Positions 1 to 8,194 of a stretch of 32,000 nt of DNA are shown here, in pieces. The notes beneath the pieces were generated by a model. The model was given only the letters and a program-made list of their open reading frames with translations. It had not been told where the DNA came from and did no database searches. A program made the position numbers and the translations under genes. Within the stretch, counting starts at the first letter, position 1. Each line of letters starts with the position of its first letter. Source of the stretch: Candidatus Nanoarchaeia archaeon (lineage in GTDB: Archaea > Nanobdellota > Nanobdellia > Woesearchaeales > JANQNC01); the NCBI GenBank assembly GCA_028279745.1, contig JANQNC010000001.1, positions 570,001 through 602,000 on the forward strand, given 5' to 3'.

Positions 1-16
1 AAAGGATAGTTCTAAG

Positions 17-529
17 ATGGAATTCAAAGAAGCGCTAGAAAAACTAGAGAATAGTCAAGAGATCAAAAAATTATCTGAAGAAAGTTATCTGGCTCATGGA
101 TTCATAACACTAAACGAAAACATGGAACAGGCACAGCCATGGAATATAGGATACTACAACAAGAAAACAGACAAGATAGCAACATTCGCAGTAACAGAAC
201 ACGTGATAGAAGAGTTGGGAGAAGAGGACGTGTTTAAGGAACCGGGAACAGAAGTTGATAAGTTAGATACCGACAAAGTTGGGAAAACACTTTCAGATGC
301 TGTTGAGATAACGAAAAAGACAGTTGAGGAAAAATATAAAGCACAGATTCCAACAAAAGTACTTGTTTTGATACAGAATATCAAAGATGTAGGAATAGTG
401 TGGAATGTAACAATAGTAACAAAACAGTTGAACACTTTGAATATTAAGATAGATGCTGAAACCGGCGAAATCAAAGAAGAGAAGCTGACAAGCCTATTAC
501 AGTACAAAGATAAGAAGTATTCAGACTAG
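17..529 (+). CDS. hypothetical protein (170 aa); C-terminal half resembles a PepSY-like module
   Basis: Complete ORF. The C-terminal pattern VWNVTIVT...LNIKIDAETGEIKEE resembles the PepSY ending (v.vDa.tGei). No catalytic motif recognised. Confidence 0.55.
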   Translation: MEFKEALEKLENSQEIKKLSEESYLAHGFITLNENMEQAQPWNIGYYNKKTDKIATFAVTEHVIEELGEEDVFKEPGTEVDKLDTDKVGKTLSDAVEITKKTVEEKYKAQIPTKVLVLIQNIKDVGIVWNVTIVTKQLNTLNIKIDAETGEIKEEKLTSLLQYKDKKYSD

Positions 530-622
530 AGTTTCCAAAAGTAGTTCTAAAAAACATATTTCAAAGATTAATATTCTTTAAATAGTAGCTCCCCCAGAAA
601 AATAATAGGAGGGGTGATAGTA

Positions 623-706
623 ATGAGGATGAATGAAGTAAATTACAAAGAAGCAAATAAAAACCAAAGCCTAGACCAATTCTTTAAAGAAAACAAAGAA
701 GACTGA
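623..706 (+). CDS. candidate small protein (27 aa, MRMNEVNYKEANKNQSLDQFFKENKED)
   Basis: Not in the ORF track (too short). ATG at 623 lies 5 nt after a very strong SD-like AGGAGGGGTGAT (607-618). A TATA-like CTTTAAATAG sits at about 576-586. The stop is followed by the inverted repeat ACTGAAAT/ATTTCAGT and a T-run. Confidence 0.3.
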   Translation: MRMNEVNYKEANKNQSLDQFFKENKED

Positions 707-708
707 AA

Positions 709-1389
709 TCATTTCAGTATCTTTTTTGATTTAATTTCTCCCTTATTATTAACATTATAGACAATAGGAACACCAGTAGCAATCTCCAAATGAGGTATGT
801 CTTTCTCAGAAATGTTCTCCAAATGCATAACAATAGACCTTAAGCTGTTTCCAGAAGCTACAATCAAAATATTTTTCCCATCTTTTAGTTTTGGAAGAAC
901 TTTCTTTTTGAAAAAAGGCAAAGTTCTCTTAACTGTGTCTTTTAACGATTCGCCACCAGGCGGTCTTATGCTGTAACTTCTACGCCAGATATGAACTTGC
1001 TCTTTGCCAACTTTCTTCATAAGCTCTTTCTTGTTCAAGCCTTGCAAATCACCATAATACCTTTCGTTAAGAGCTTCATCAATATGGACGGGCAAGTCAC
1101 CATTTCCAAAATTAACGTGGTGACTCCAAGCTTTACCTCTGCCACCTCTATGCTGGATTATAGGAGTTAGATCTGACTTAAGATAGTCACATAATATGAC
1201 TAACGTTTCGATAGCTCTAATTAAGTAACCAGAATAAGCAACATCAAACTTGGTGTTGTTTAATAGAGTTCCTGCTCGTTTAGCTTCAGCTATACCTTTC
1301 TTACTTAATGGAATATCAACCCAGCCAGTAAACCTATTCTGAAGATTCCACCAGCTCTGACCATGACGAACTAAAACTAACTTAGACAT
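709..1389 (-). CDS. gpmA: 2,3-bisphosphoglycerate-dependent phosphoglycerate mutase family protein (histidine phosphatase superfamily)
   Basis: LVLVRHGQSWWNLQNRFTGWVDIPLSKKG matches the dPGM N-terminal signature (RHGES.WN..N.FTGW.D..LS..G). LNERYYGDLQGLNK, WRRSY and GNSLRS blocks align by eye with E. coli GpmA. SD AGAGGTAA lies upstream. The second catalytic His position reads Ser (see findings). Confidence 0.88.
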   Translation of the reverse strand: MSKLVLVRHGQSWWNLQNRFTGWVDIPLSKKGIAEAKRAGTLLNNTKFDVAYSGYLIRAIETLVILCDYLKSDLTPIIQHRGGRGKAWSHHVNFGNGDLPVHIDEALNERYYGDLQGLNKKELMKKVGKEQVHIWRRSYSIRPPGGESLKDTVKRTLPFFKKKVLPKLKDGKNILIVASGNSLRSIVMHLENISEKDIPHLEIATGVPIVYNVNNKGEIKSKKILK

Positions 1390-1488
1390 TTAATTTACCT
1401 CTTTTTACATATAAATAAGATTAAGAGTTTATAAAATTAATTGTAATTTAGAAAGAATTAGATTGTAAAAAATCACGAGGTCGTTTGG

Positions 1489-1953
1489 TTAGTTGCATAG
1501 CAGTTTGGTTTTAGTGTATGAGATAGTGAATTTTTTTTCACCGATGGATCCTTCAATGTTTAATAAGTCGTCTTCTTCAGGATAATATTGGGCGTAATTT
1601 CCATCGCTAGTGCTAACTTTAACAGAGTTGTTAGTATCTCTGCTTAGTTCAATCGCGTCATAACGTTCTCTAATTTTAACATCCCCCACATTGACAGATT
1701 CTTCACAACTATTTTCAATTTCAATTATTCCTCCATTGCAGTTGTTTATTCTTAGTGTTAAACAAGATGTTTCTGGTTCAATTTTGAGATCTTTGATCAT
1801 TGCTTTACCTGAACAACCACCATAGCCGAAGTTAAGACCGCACCCAGGCACCATAAGTCCTAAAATAAACCCTCTGACCAGAAGAAACAATACTAACAAA
1901 ATAACAAAGGCAATAATCACTACTTTTACCATCTTACGTGAAGGTCTAACCAT
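1489..1953 (-). CDS. hypothetical membrane-anchored, Cys-rich extracytoplasmic protein
   Basis: N-terminal hydrophobic anchor VKVVIIAFVILLVLFLLV followed by a soluble part containing 8 Cys. No recognisable family. Confidence 0.6.
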   Translation of the reverse strand: MVRPSRKMVKVVIIAFVILLVLFLLVRGFILGLMVPGCGLNFGYGGCSGKAMIKDLKIEPETSCLTLRINNCNGGIIEIENSCEESVNVGDVKIRERYDAIELSRDTNNSVKVSTSDGNYAQYYPEEDDLLNIEGSIGEKKFTISYTKTKLLCN

Positions 1954-2015
1954 AATAATATTTAATCAAACACAATTTAAAAAACTATCTAAACATTTAG
2001 CAAACAACCCCGCAC

Positions 2016-2639
2016 TTATCTACAAAGCAAATCAACAAGATCTTTAGGTGTTTTGACTAGACAATCAGGGTCTGCTTTTTGTAATGCTTCTCTTGTGTTG
2101 TAACCCCAACAAGCTGAAGCAATAGGAACCTGTGCTTTTCTACAACATTCAATATCTCTCAGTTCATCACCAACATAAAGAAACTCATAATTAGCAATAT
2201 TTCTTTTCTTTAGTGTTTTCTTAATTGCACTATGCTTTCCAAAAATCTTTTTTGCAGTTTCGATAAAATCAACACAATCTATATTTTCCCTCCGTAAAAC
2301 ATATTCTACATTCTCACGAGGGTTGGCAGTCAATATACCAACACTATAATCTTTAGAAATTCTGTATAAAGCATCTCTCATACCTTCAACAAAGTTTGCT
2401 TCTTCTCTGACCTTTTTTCTTACAATAGGTCCAAACTTCCATGCAAAATAAGGAACCTTATACCAAGGAACCTTAAAATCTTCTTTGATTATTTTCTTAG
2501 CGTTCTTATGACGGATCTTAGAAAGATCTTCTACTCTACTGTAACCATATTTGTCTGCGTTATCATTTAGAAAGTTGAGAATCATATAAAAAGAATCAAC
2601 TAAAGTCCCATCAAAATCAAATACTATCGTGTTAAACAT
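2016..2639 (-). CDS. HAD-superfamily hydrolase (phosphoglycolate phosphatase / PpaX-like subfamily)
   Basis: Motif I is IVFDFDGTLVDS (DxDxT). GILTANP serves as motif II. The late K...YVGDELRDIE block fits motifs III/IV. Confidence 0.85.
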   Translation of the reverse strand: MFNTIVFDFDGTLVDSFYMILNFLNDNADKYGYSRVEDLSKIRHKNAKKIIKEDFKVPWYKVPYFAWKFGPIVRKKVREEANFVEGMRDALYRISKDYSVGILTANPRENVEYVLRRENIDCVDFIETAKKIFGKHSAIKKTLKKRNIANYEFLYVGDELRDIECCRKAQVPIASACWGYNTREALQKADPDCLVKTPKDLVDLLCR

Positions 2640-2668
2640 TTATGCCCCACTCTATATTATTTTTCATC

Positions 2669-2782
2669 AAAAAAAAACTCCCCACAAAGACCGAGGTCCT
2701 TGCGGGAGAGAGGTGTTTAGATGACTGATCATAAACCCGGCAAGGCACTCCGAAGAGAACCTTGCTGGGAAAAGAGGTGATA
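2669..2782 (-). ncRNA. candidate structured RNA or 5' leader upstream of the HAD gene (class unknown)
   Basis: G+C-rich island in AT-rich DNA. On the minus strand a palindromic TATA TTTATAAA (2806-2813) is followed by hairpin 1 (2736-2769, UUCG-type loop). Hairpin 2 (2678-2710) has about 11 bp, including G.U pairs that only work on the minus strand. It is followed immediately by U9 (2669-2677), 29 nt before the HAD start codon. Confidence 0.3.
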
Positions 2783-3010
2783 GATGATTTTGATGCTTTA
2801 TTATGTTTATAAAGCCTAAAAATCGCTTTATAATCACCTTGAAAGTTATTTTGTGCTTCATAGAGGCAATAGAATGTCTCTACACCTCTTCAACACCATT
2901 TCCAACTGAAAATAGTATTGTATCTTACTTACTCTAGAGTAGGCACAGTTATATATAAAATTTTCTTTTTATTAGTATCTCGGAGTAGTTACAAATTCAA
3001 TATATAATTT

Positions 3011-3109
3011 TGTTAGTCAGGTTAACAAAAGTTAGTTTTAATTTAAATAATGTTAATCAGGTTAACAATTTAAAGGATAAAAACAGAATAACTGTTAATT
3101 TGGTTAACA
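3011..3109. promoter_or_regulatory. three spaced copies of a 17-bp palindromic operator-like site TGTTA(A/G)T-N3-GGTTAACA
   Basis: TGTTAGTCAGGTTAACA (3011-3027), TGTTAATCAGGTTAACA (3051-3067) and TGTTAATTTGGTTAACA (3093-3109). Half-sites are TGTTAA/TTAACA and centres are 40 and 42 bp apart. The array lies just upstream of the TATA (about 3126-3136) of the leaderless gene at 3161. Confidence 0.45.
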
Positions 3110-3160
3110 CAACTTTGGCATACAAAAAATTATAAATGTAGTGAAGTAGCATTATAAACC

Positions 3161-3538
3161 ATGAAAACAAAACTTATAGCGGCATGCGGGATGAACTGTA
3201 ATCTATGTATTGCATATCTAAGAGATAAAAACAAATGTCCCGGTTGCAGATATCAAGATAATTCAAACTACTGCAAAAAATGCATAATCAAGAACTGCAA
3301 AGTCATAGAGAAAAACAAATGGAAATATTGTTCACCAAAATGTGAAAAATATCCCTGCAGAAGATTAAAGGATCTGGATAAAAGATACAAAACAAAATAT
3401 GGAATGAGCATGAAAGATAATTTGGAGTTTATCGAGAAGAAAGGAATAAGAAAATTTATCCAAAACGAGAAAAAAAGATGGGTCAAAGAAGACAAAATCT
3501 TTTGTGTGCATAAAAAAGAATATTTTAAAATAAAATAA
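3161..3538 (+). CDS. DUF3795-like cysteine-rich (putative metal-binding) protein
   Basis: Pattern CGMNCNLC...CPGC...C..C.IKNC....C..C.KYPC matches my recollection of the DUF3795 Cys spacing. A TATA about 28 nt upstream implies a leaderless mRNA. Confidence 0.65.
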   Translation: MKTKLIAACGMNCNLCIAYLRDKNKCPGCRYQDNSNYCKKCIIKNCKVIEKNKWKYCSPKCEKYPCRRLKDLDKRYKTKYGMSMKDNLEFIEKKGIRKFIQNEKKRWVKEDKIFCVHKKEYFKIK

Positions 3539-3544
3539 AAAAAA

Positions 3545-3940
3545 TTATTTCAACATCTTTCTGAAAAGCAAACCTGCAACCAAACCATTAATATAGCTCA
3601 TTATAGTCCAGGTAACAACCATCATAACTGGCAAATTGAAACTGCCCACATTTATGAAAAATGCTGGAACTGCAGATATGAAAAAGTATACACCTGCAAA
3701 AGCAAAAGGTTGCTTAGCTTTCTTATTTAGCATCTCATACAAGAATGCTAAACCTATTCCCAACGCAAAAGGATATACAAAAAACAAAAGTCCTCTTCCA
3801 CCAGCCATAGGTAAAAAGATGTCTGTGTTGTTGTAGATTGCCTGGAATGCAGGGAAGATCCATGCAAAAACAAAATTAAGCAAAAAACCCACTACACTCA
3901 TTGCCAATCCTGCCAAAAGACCAACTAAAACTTTTTTCAT
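3545..3940 (-). CDS. hypothetical integral membrane protein (about 4 TM)
   Basis: Four hydrophobic segments. Strong SD GAGGTGAT 3-4 nt upstream of the ATG. Confidence 0.65.
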   Translation of the reverse strand: MKKVLVGLLAGLAMSVVGFLLNFVFAWIFPAFQAIYNNTDIFLPMAGGRGLLFFVYPFALGIGLAFLYEMLNKKAKQPFAFAGVYFFISAVPAFFINVGSFNLPVMMVVTWTIMSYINGLVAGLLFRKMLK

Positions 3941-4051
3941 GACATCACCTCAACAATACACTTACTAATCCGTTTTTATAAACATATCGCTCGAAAACAC
4001 TACGACTTTGTCTAATAAAAATTTATTAAGCTTAAAATCAATAATAAACGT

Positions 4052-4972
4052 ATGAAACCAGCATCACTACTATTATTACTGTTGTTGACAGCATGTTCAA
4101 AACAAGTAGTAGAATACTCCCCAGAACCTGAAGTTTACTTCAATCCAGAATTACCAGAAAAACTATTCTTAATATTATCCGGAGCAGAAAAAAGTATTGA
4201 GTGTGCGTTTTATGATCTGAATATTGAAGAAATAATCAAGGTGTTGGATGAGAAGAGTAAAAAGACCCGTGTAAGATTAGTGATGGATGATGACAACGCA
4301 CTAAATAGAAATTATGTAAGAGTTGATGGTAAAGGATTAATGCATAATAAATTCTGTGTGATTGATGATGTAATGGTTTGGACAGGAAGTTTTAATCCAA
4401 CAGGAAATCAGAATGATGAAAATATGTTGGTTCTGTTTTCTAAATCGATATCAAACGTTTATTCACAAGAGTTTGAAGAGATGTGGGCTGGAAAATTTAA
4501 AGGTGGGAAGAGAAGCAAGGATAATGTTGTGATTTTGAATAATGCAACTTACAAGATTTATTTTTGTCCAGAAGATATGTGTGAGGAGAAAGCTTTGGGA
4601 GAGCTGGAGGGCGCTAGGAAAAGTATCTACTTTATGACATTTAGTTTCACAAGCAAGAGCGTTGCAGACAGATTATTGACAAAGAGTTATTCAGGTGTTG
4701 ATGTTAAAGGAGTATGGGAAGAAAGAAGAATAAATATGGATTATGAGAAATATAGTTATCTGGTTGAGAATGGAATTGAGATAAAAGAAGATGATAACAA
4801 GTACATAATGCATCATAAAGTGTTTATCATAGATAATAAAACTTTAATAACTGGAAGCTACAACCCAACAAACAATGCAAACAAGAACAATGATGAAAAT
4901 TTAATAATCACAGATGATCCTTTGGTTGTACAAAAATATCTAGAAGAATTTGGAAGATTATATAAAGAATAA
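4052..4972 (+). CDS. phospholipase D / Nuc-like HKD-superfamily protein, predicted lipoprotein
   Basis: Two HKD motifs: MHNKFCVIDDVMVWTGSFNPT and MHHKVFIIDNKTLITGSYNPT. The N-terminal signal carries a lipobox (LLLLLTAC). Confidence 0.85.
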   Translation: MKPASLLLLLLLTACSKQVVEYSPEPEVYFNPELPEKLFLILSGAEKSIECAFYDLNIEEIIKVLDEKSKKTRVRLVMDDDNALNRNYVRVDGKGLMHNKFCVIDDVMVWTGSFNPTGNQNDENMLVLFSKSISNVYSQEFEEMWAGKFKGGKRSKDNVVILNNATYKIYFCPEDMCEEKALGELEGARKSIYFMTFSFTSKSVADRLLTKSYSGVDVKGVWEERRINMDYEKYSYLVENGIEIKEDDNKYIMHHKVFIIDNKTLITGSYNPTNNANKNNDENLIITDDPLVVQKYLEEFGRLYKE

Positions 4973-4988
4973 AACTAATTTTACTGGG

Positions 4989-5330
4989 ATGATAAAGAAT
5001 AAGACAAAAAACATCGTATTGGTTGATGAGACAAAACACTGCAAATCTATATTATCAAAAGCAAAAGGACTGATGTTTACATCAGGAATAAAAAATAAAG
5101 GGTTAGTGTTTTATTTTCCAAAAGAACAAATCAATTCTTTGCATATGGTGTTTGTTTTTTATCCAATAGATGTACTATTTTTAGATAAAGATAGAAAAGT
5201 TGTGGAAATTAAAAGAAATTTCAAACCATTTAGTGCTTACATACCAAAGAAAAAGTCAAAATATGTTATAGAACTACCAAAAAACACAACAAAAAGTGTC
5301 GAATTAGGAAATACCATAGAGTTTACTTAG
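4989..5330 (+). CDS. DUF192 family protein
   Basis: GLMF...LHMVFVFYPIDVLFLDKDRKVVEI...YVIELP resembles the DUF192 core. I chose the internal ATG at 4989 because the track start (4950) overlaps the PLD gene by 23 nt. Confidence 0.7.
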   Translation: MIKNKTKNIVLVDETKHCKSILSKAKGLMFTSGIKNKGLVFYFPKEQINSLHMVFVFYPIDVLFLDKDRKVVEIKRNFKPFSAYIPKKKSKYVIELPKNTTKSVELGNTIEFT

Positions 5331-7035
5331 AATATTTCTTAGCAATATCATCCAAAGCTTTCTTAGTTAAAGAAAATCCTTCAGTTGACACTTTAATATA
5401 ACCCATATCAACTAACTCAGGAATGTCAACATAGAATGGAACTGATTTAACAGGAACCCACTTCTTAGCTTTAGCGCTTTCAGATATTATAATTGAGGCT
5501 AACCTCTCACCCCTTCTAACACCCAACGTGCCTTTGTAAGGATTCACACCAGTTTCAATCTTGAAATCTAAAGGGTTGTAACTGTCTTTAGGTTCGAATG
5601 TTACAGTTGAATCAATAGTCTGTTCTTTAGGTTTAGCTGTTACAGTATCTTGTTTAGGTTCTGGTTGAACTGTGTCTGCTTTTGCAGGCTCTGGAGTGTA
5701 ACTAGTATCTGTCTTTGTAACTGCAGGTTTGTAATCTAAAGAATCTATGGATTCTTCTGCGACTACCGGTGTGTCCACCTTAACTTCAACAGGTAAAGTT
5801 GCTTCAGGAACTACAGGAGTCGTATCTGGTTTAGCCAGTTCAGGTTTAACAGGAACGGGTTCAACAACTTTTGGCTCTGTAGATTTCGGTTTTACATTAG
5901 CAACAGGAACTGCTGGCTTAGGTTTTACAGATGAGTTGCCTGCAGACATTACAAAACCTACAGGCTCAGATTGCGGTTCATCCACTTTAGCAGTTGAATC
6001 TTCCCAAGGCTCTTTCGCATTAAGCATTGAATCAATAGAAGTGTCTAATGAAGAATCTTCAACAACTGAATCTTGTTTATTTCCATACAGTTTATCCCAA
6101 GACTCGCTAACATCTTTAGTAGTGTCATCAATTATTGCTAAAGCTTTACTAAGATTTGCACGATGTGCAGCTTTTCTAGTATCTAAAGAATCTTTCTTTG
6201 CCTTTTCAGAAATAGGATTGTCTTTCTTGTAAAGTGAAGTGAATAATGCAATAACATTATCTTCATAACCTTCTAGATATTCTCTTATACCTCTTCTGAA
6301 TGCAAGAGCATAATCAGTATCTTTCTTAGAAGGCATGCTCAAGTTTCTAAGCTTGTTCTCAAACTCTCTTAGCTTCTTCAAGCCATCTTCATATTTGGGT
6401 TTTTGTTCCATCACTGTGTTTATCTCTCTAATGTAAAAGTCAAACCCTTTACTGAAGAAACTGCCTTTTCTTATGATCTTATCATACGTTTTAGTTAGAT
6501 CTTTCAAAGATTTTTCAATGGTTTTTGCTTGTGTGACATACAACTTATTAATCTTGAAATCTTTACTGGCCCAAAGGTTATATCTTGCTAAAGAGTCTTC
6601 AATCACCCTAATCTTTTCGGTGACATTCTTAACAGTTGTATCATAATTATCCATAGAAACACCATCTAAAGCAAGAGATGCTTCTTTAACTGCAACCGCA
6701 TAATTCTTCTTAACTCTGTCAGTTGTGAATTCTTCAAGTTTAGCTATGCTATCATGATAGTTAAGCTCAAAAATAGCACCATCATCACTCTCCTCCTCGT
6801 TTAGGTTATCAACAGGATGATATCCACTCCAACTCTTGATAAGATTAAAATCAGAGACGCCAAGATATTTATTGTCTTTATGTGTTTTAAGAATCTCACT
6901 TGTTTGTTTATAGAACTTGTTAAACTGTTCATCATGGATAAACTCAGTAAATTTTAAAGAATCGTTTGAGAATACATTCCAAGCAAGACAAACAACTGCT
7001 GATGTAGTTAATATTAATTTCCTAATGATTACCAA
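5323..7035 (-). CDS. hypothetical secreted protein with a long Pro/Val/Lys/Thr-rich linker
   Basis: 570-aa ORF. Signal-like N-terminus ILTTSAVVCLAWNVFS, a helical region of about 330 aa, a low-complexity PKPAVPV...PVVPEATLPVEVKV linker of about 130 aa, and a C-terminal globular part of about 100 aa. The only possible start is TTG at 7035, preceded by GTGGGGG. Confidence 0.7.
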   Translation of the reverse strand: MVIIRKLILTTSAVVCLAWNVFSNDSLKFTEFIHDEQFNKFYKQTSEILKTHKDNKYLGVSDFNLIKSWSGYHPVDNLNEEESDDGAIFELNYHDSIAKLEEFTTDRVKKNYAVAVKEASLALDGVSMDNYDTTVKNVTEKIRVIEDSLARYNLWASKDFKINKLYVTQAKTIEKSLKDLTKTYDKIIRKGSFFSKGFDFYIREINTVMEQKPKYEDGLKKLREFENKLRNLSMPSKKDTDYALAFRRGIREYLEGYEDNVIALFTSLYKKDNPISEKAKKDSLDTRKAAHRANLSKALAIIDDTTKDVSESWDKLYGNKQDSVVEDSSLDTSIDSMLNAKEPWEDSTAKVDEPQSEPVGFVMSAGNSSVKPKPAVPVANVKPKSTEPKVVEPVPVKPELAKPDTTPVVPEATLPVEVKVDTPVVAEESIDSLDYKPAVTKTDTSYTPEPAKADTVQPEPKQDTVTAKPKEQTIDSTVTFEPKDSYNPLDFKIETGVNPYKGTLGVRRGERLASIIISESAKAKKWVPVKSVPFYVDIPELVDMGYIKVSTEGFSLTKKALDDIAKKYSK

Positions 7036-7069
7036 CCCCCACTGATAAAAATATTAAAAATAAAAAAAT

Positions 7070-8080
7070 TTAGTAACTGAAATCCATGTCTATGTACTTT
7101 CTGTCCATAGGATCTGTTTCGATAAAGTTCTCCTCAGTTATCTTAGGACTTGCTACTGCAACTTTACACATAACTTTAGCCCATAAGTCCAGTTCTTCTG
7201 TGTCTTTAATCTTTGAACCTGTTACTTTCTTCTTGAATATTGCAACATACCCGTAGAATTCAGGAGTTGCAAACATGTTTTTACCATTATTATATTCAGA
7301 ACTCAAAACACTATCTTGTTTGATAAAAGCTTCAAGTTCACTCATGTAATCTGGTGTGATAACTTCATTCTTAACAAAATTGTAGAATGTTTCTGCCATA
7401 TCATCTCTTCCTACATAAGTTCTAACTTTTCCGTCTCTGCTTAATATGTACTCTTTGACCATATCAAGTGCGTTGTTGTGTTTTTCTTCGAATGTAGCAT
7501 AATCAGTTCCAGGAACTGCTTTTGGTGCCTTAACTTTCAGAGGATCTATGAATTTGTTAACATTTTTTCTTGTTCTAGCTTTTCTTCTCTTTGCAGCTTC
7601 TCTTTGTTTTTTAAGTCTGTCTGCTCTAGCCAGGTCTGCTTGTCTCTTCTTATCAAGAGCTGCTTCTCTTTTTGCTTTTGCTGTTGCTTCATTGATTGAA
7701 TCTAATGCTTTTGACATGTCATCTGCTTTTTTGTATGAAGGATCTTGCTGAGTAACTAGGCTCTTAACTTTTCCTAAAGCTTCATCAACTATGTCTCTTG
7801 TTCTGTTTAACTTGTTTGATACAAAATAAGAAACTGCGATAAATGCTGCTAAACCAACAACATATTTTCCTTTGCCTATAATGTGTTTTCTGAAGAATCC
7901 ATGACCTTTGCCTGATTCAAGAGCTTCTACTCTATTCTCTAAGTCTTCTGTCTTCTCTTCAACACCTGCAACACCAGTTACTTTTTTAAGTGTCTGCATT
8001 GCTTCATCGCCTGATGGCTGTGTGCTTTCTGGAGTACCTTCTGGCGCACCAGGTTTAGAATTTTGTTCTTCTTCTTCCAT
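7070..8080 (-). CDS. hypothetical single-pass membrane protein with a basic coiled-coil segment
   Basis: Acidic N-terminus, TM segment YVVGLAAFIAVSYFV, a Lys/Arg/Ala-rich helix (KREAALDKKRQADLARADRLKKQREAAKRRKARTRK) and a C-terminal domain of about 160 aa. Probably co-transcribed with 5323..7035 (34-nt gap). Confidence 0.7.
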   Translation of the reverse strand: MEEEEQNSKPGAPEGTPESTQPSGDEAMQTLKKVTGVAGVEEKTEDLENRVEALESGKGHGFFRKHIIGKGKYVVGLAAFIAVSYFVSNKLNRTRDIVDEALGKVKSLVTQQDPSYKKADDMSKALDSINEATAKAKREAALDKKRQADLARADRLKKQREAAKRRKARTRKNVNKFIDPLKVKAPKAVPGTDYATFEEKHNNALDMVKEYILSRDGKVRTYVGRDDMAETFYNFVKNEVITPDYMSELEAFIKQDSVLSSEYNNGKNMFATPEFYGYVAIFKKKVTGSKIKDTEELDLWAKVMCKVAVASPKITEENFIETDPMDRKYIDMDFSY

Positions 8081-8194
8081 TTTCTAAAATACCTATTAAT
8101 TTATAGTGTAGTGTAAAACATAACTGGTATATAAACCTTGCGATTTATTACCATTGGACAATAGTAAATCATTTTCTGCATGACAACGAATAAA

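Noticed and set aside
2667-2861. 64-aa ORF on the minus strand upstream of the HAD gene.
   Set aside because: It has no SD and an odd composition, and it spans hairpins and a U9 tract. It is better explained as structured non-coding sequence.
2669-2930. The structured region as SRP RNA or RNase P RNA.
   Set aside because: I could not find the helix-8 GNAR/AGCA motifs of SRP RNA or the GGAAAGUCC / ACAGAA..CGGCUUA-type conserved regions of RNase P RNA. The class is left unknown.
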